A stretch of DNA of 61,411 nt, counting the filler, from Chiloscyllium plagiosum (Eukaryota): the NCBI RefSeq assembly GCF_004010195.1. It is 4 parts of one record of this genome, joined end to end, with 100 filler letters (N's around TTAATTAATTAA, not from the genome) between each part and the next. Parts side by side here need not be neighbours in the genome. Positions count along the whole stretch, not along the records: positions 57,265 to 61,411 come from NC_057710.1; 3 more parts are not named here. One strand, given 5' to 3'. Below are positions 60,051-61,411 of the stretch, piece after piece (the stretch's first letter is position 1; each line of letters starts with the position of its first letter). The translations under genes were made by a program, and so were the position numbers. Under the pieces are notes generated by a model that saw nothing but the letters and a program-made list of their open reading frames with translations, ran no database searches and was not told the origin of the DNA.

Positions 60051-61411
60051 TCCCTGCAGGAAAACCTGGGCACTGTGCTGAAAAGAAGACCAAGAACATA
60101 AAGTTGATTTAAACCGTCTTCAGTTTTCTTGCGAACCAGAAGCCAAGAGTGGAGCTTTTCTGGGTCTCCTGGGTCTCCTCCTCCAACTATTTGTACAATC
60201 AGTTCACACCTTTACAAGCTCCACGCAGCCCCCAATCCACTCATCCAACCCGACCTGGCCAGCTTAGTGGACTCAGGAACCATCCCTGTGGATCTCGTGA
60301 AAGGCAAACTCTTGATGTGTTTAAATCATTCACACTCATTGACCTCACCTCAGTTCTCCATGCTTTGGGTACGAGTTACGGCTACAATATTGTCAGGAAA
60401 CGTATAGGTTAAAGACTCCATGCTAATGAGTTGGCATAAGTCCATTGCTCATTATTGGCCCCACTCTCACCTCTTAGTCCAAGTCAAAATTTGGGCTTTC
60501 ATCTTTATTGATTTCAGTTTTTTGTAGTATGTCACTTCAACTTAAACAAATATAGACAATATAACATTATGCTACCAAGTCCATACCCACTATGTCAATT
60601 TTAAAAGTATGTGTCATGACTAACAGCAGGGATTTCCTGGAATTATAATTACTGGAGTGCCACAAAATGTCAAGATAACCAAACAAACATCTTTATCGCT
60701 GCATATTTATCCTTTAAATATCACAGACATCCTCCTACTGACTGTAGTAAAAATGCCAATAATAAAAATTGCACTTTGATGATAAAAGCAATAACTCAGT
60801 TACAATATATTTGAGAACCTTTCTTCAGAGGAGCTGCTTAATAAAGTGTGACTCAGGGTAAATAAGAATGTCGCTTCACTTTAAAGGTATGGGGAAAGAG
60901 TAATTATTAAACCAAGACTGACAGGAGGCTTGTAAATTCTGTACGCTCAGCCAGTTCCAAATGAGTTAGCTCCAGTGGGACAACTGATAAACCATAAAAT
61001 TGATTCAGCATGGCAGTGTGGAGCTGTTGATTTAAAAAGAATGGCTGTCCTGTGGATAAAAACAATCAGATATAGTGGTTGTGCTGTTACTTGTTTGTTT
61101 TACCAATTTTGATTTATATTCACTGATGCTTGGAAAAGACTTGCAGAAGCATTCCCAACTTGCAATCAGATTGACTCTTGACAGTTTGGTATGCATTGTC
61201 TGGGATTCTACCTTAATCAAACAATATCGAGTGTCTGTGCCCCTGCAACATGATACAGGTCATTTTGCTATCACGCGACAGTTGTAGTCCTCTGCAACCT
61301 TATGCTATAGAAAATCACGCTGTAGAAAGTCACTAATAGAAAATCGCTACACCCACTCAGTAGAAAGTTTGTGTTATCCAACCACCATCCACCATTCACC
61401 AAACGCGTTAT

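Noticed and set aside
801..61287. Most remaining short ORFs in the track
   Set aside because: Sense or antisense reads of LINE/SINE fragments, or chance ORFs without splice or domain support
56123..61411. Leader exon and promoter of the Ig receptor
   Set aside because: No ATG-initiated hydrophobic exon with a phase-1 donor found; a candidate near 60470-60501 is phase 2 and not signal-like; the ORF-track start at 56165 is intronic read-through

Overview
Repeat-rich vertebrate genomic DNA, very probably from a shark (HE1-type SINEs and abundant CR1 LINEs). Three 100-nt scaffold joins carry an artificial TTAATTAATTAA linker, and there is one plain N gap. Two genes end tail-to-tail near 41-43 kb. 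On + is a lone last coding exon (40816-40933) resembling the BOD1L1 C-terminus. On - is a multi-exon Ig-superfamily receptor (V, C2, transmembrane, cytoplasmic exon(s), and a terminal exon with the ITIM VTYATI plus a YMN motif); its leader exon was not found. The rest is layered mobile DNA: many CR1 fragments, an L1-clade LINE, a decayed Gypsy gag-pol relic, tRNA-derived SINEs and Penelope-like elements. The most notable hidden structures are (1) at least four sequence families of minimal type-I hammerhead ribozyme cores in Penelope-derived repeats, often in hairpin mini-elements with 14-16 bp target-site duplications; (2) an SVA-like non-autonomous element with a roughly 79-unit 21-bp GC-rich VNTR and a diverged relative at 24.4-25.0 kb; (3) the ITIM-bearing Ig receptor with phase-equivalent alternative cytoplasmic exons. 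Repeat boundaries were read by eye and are approximate.
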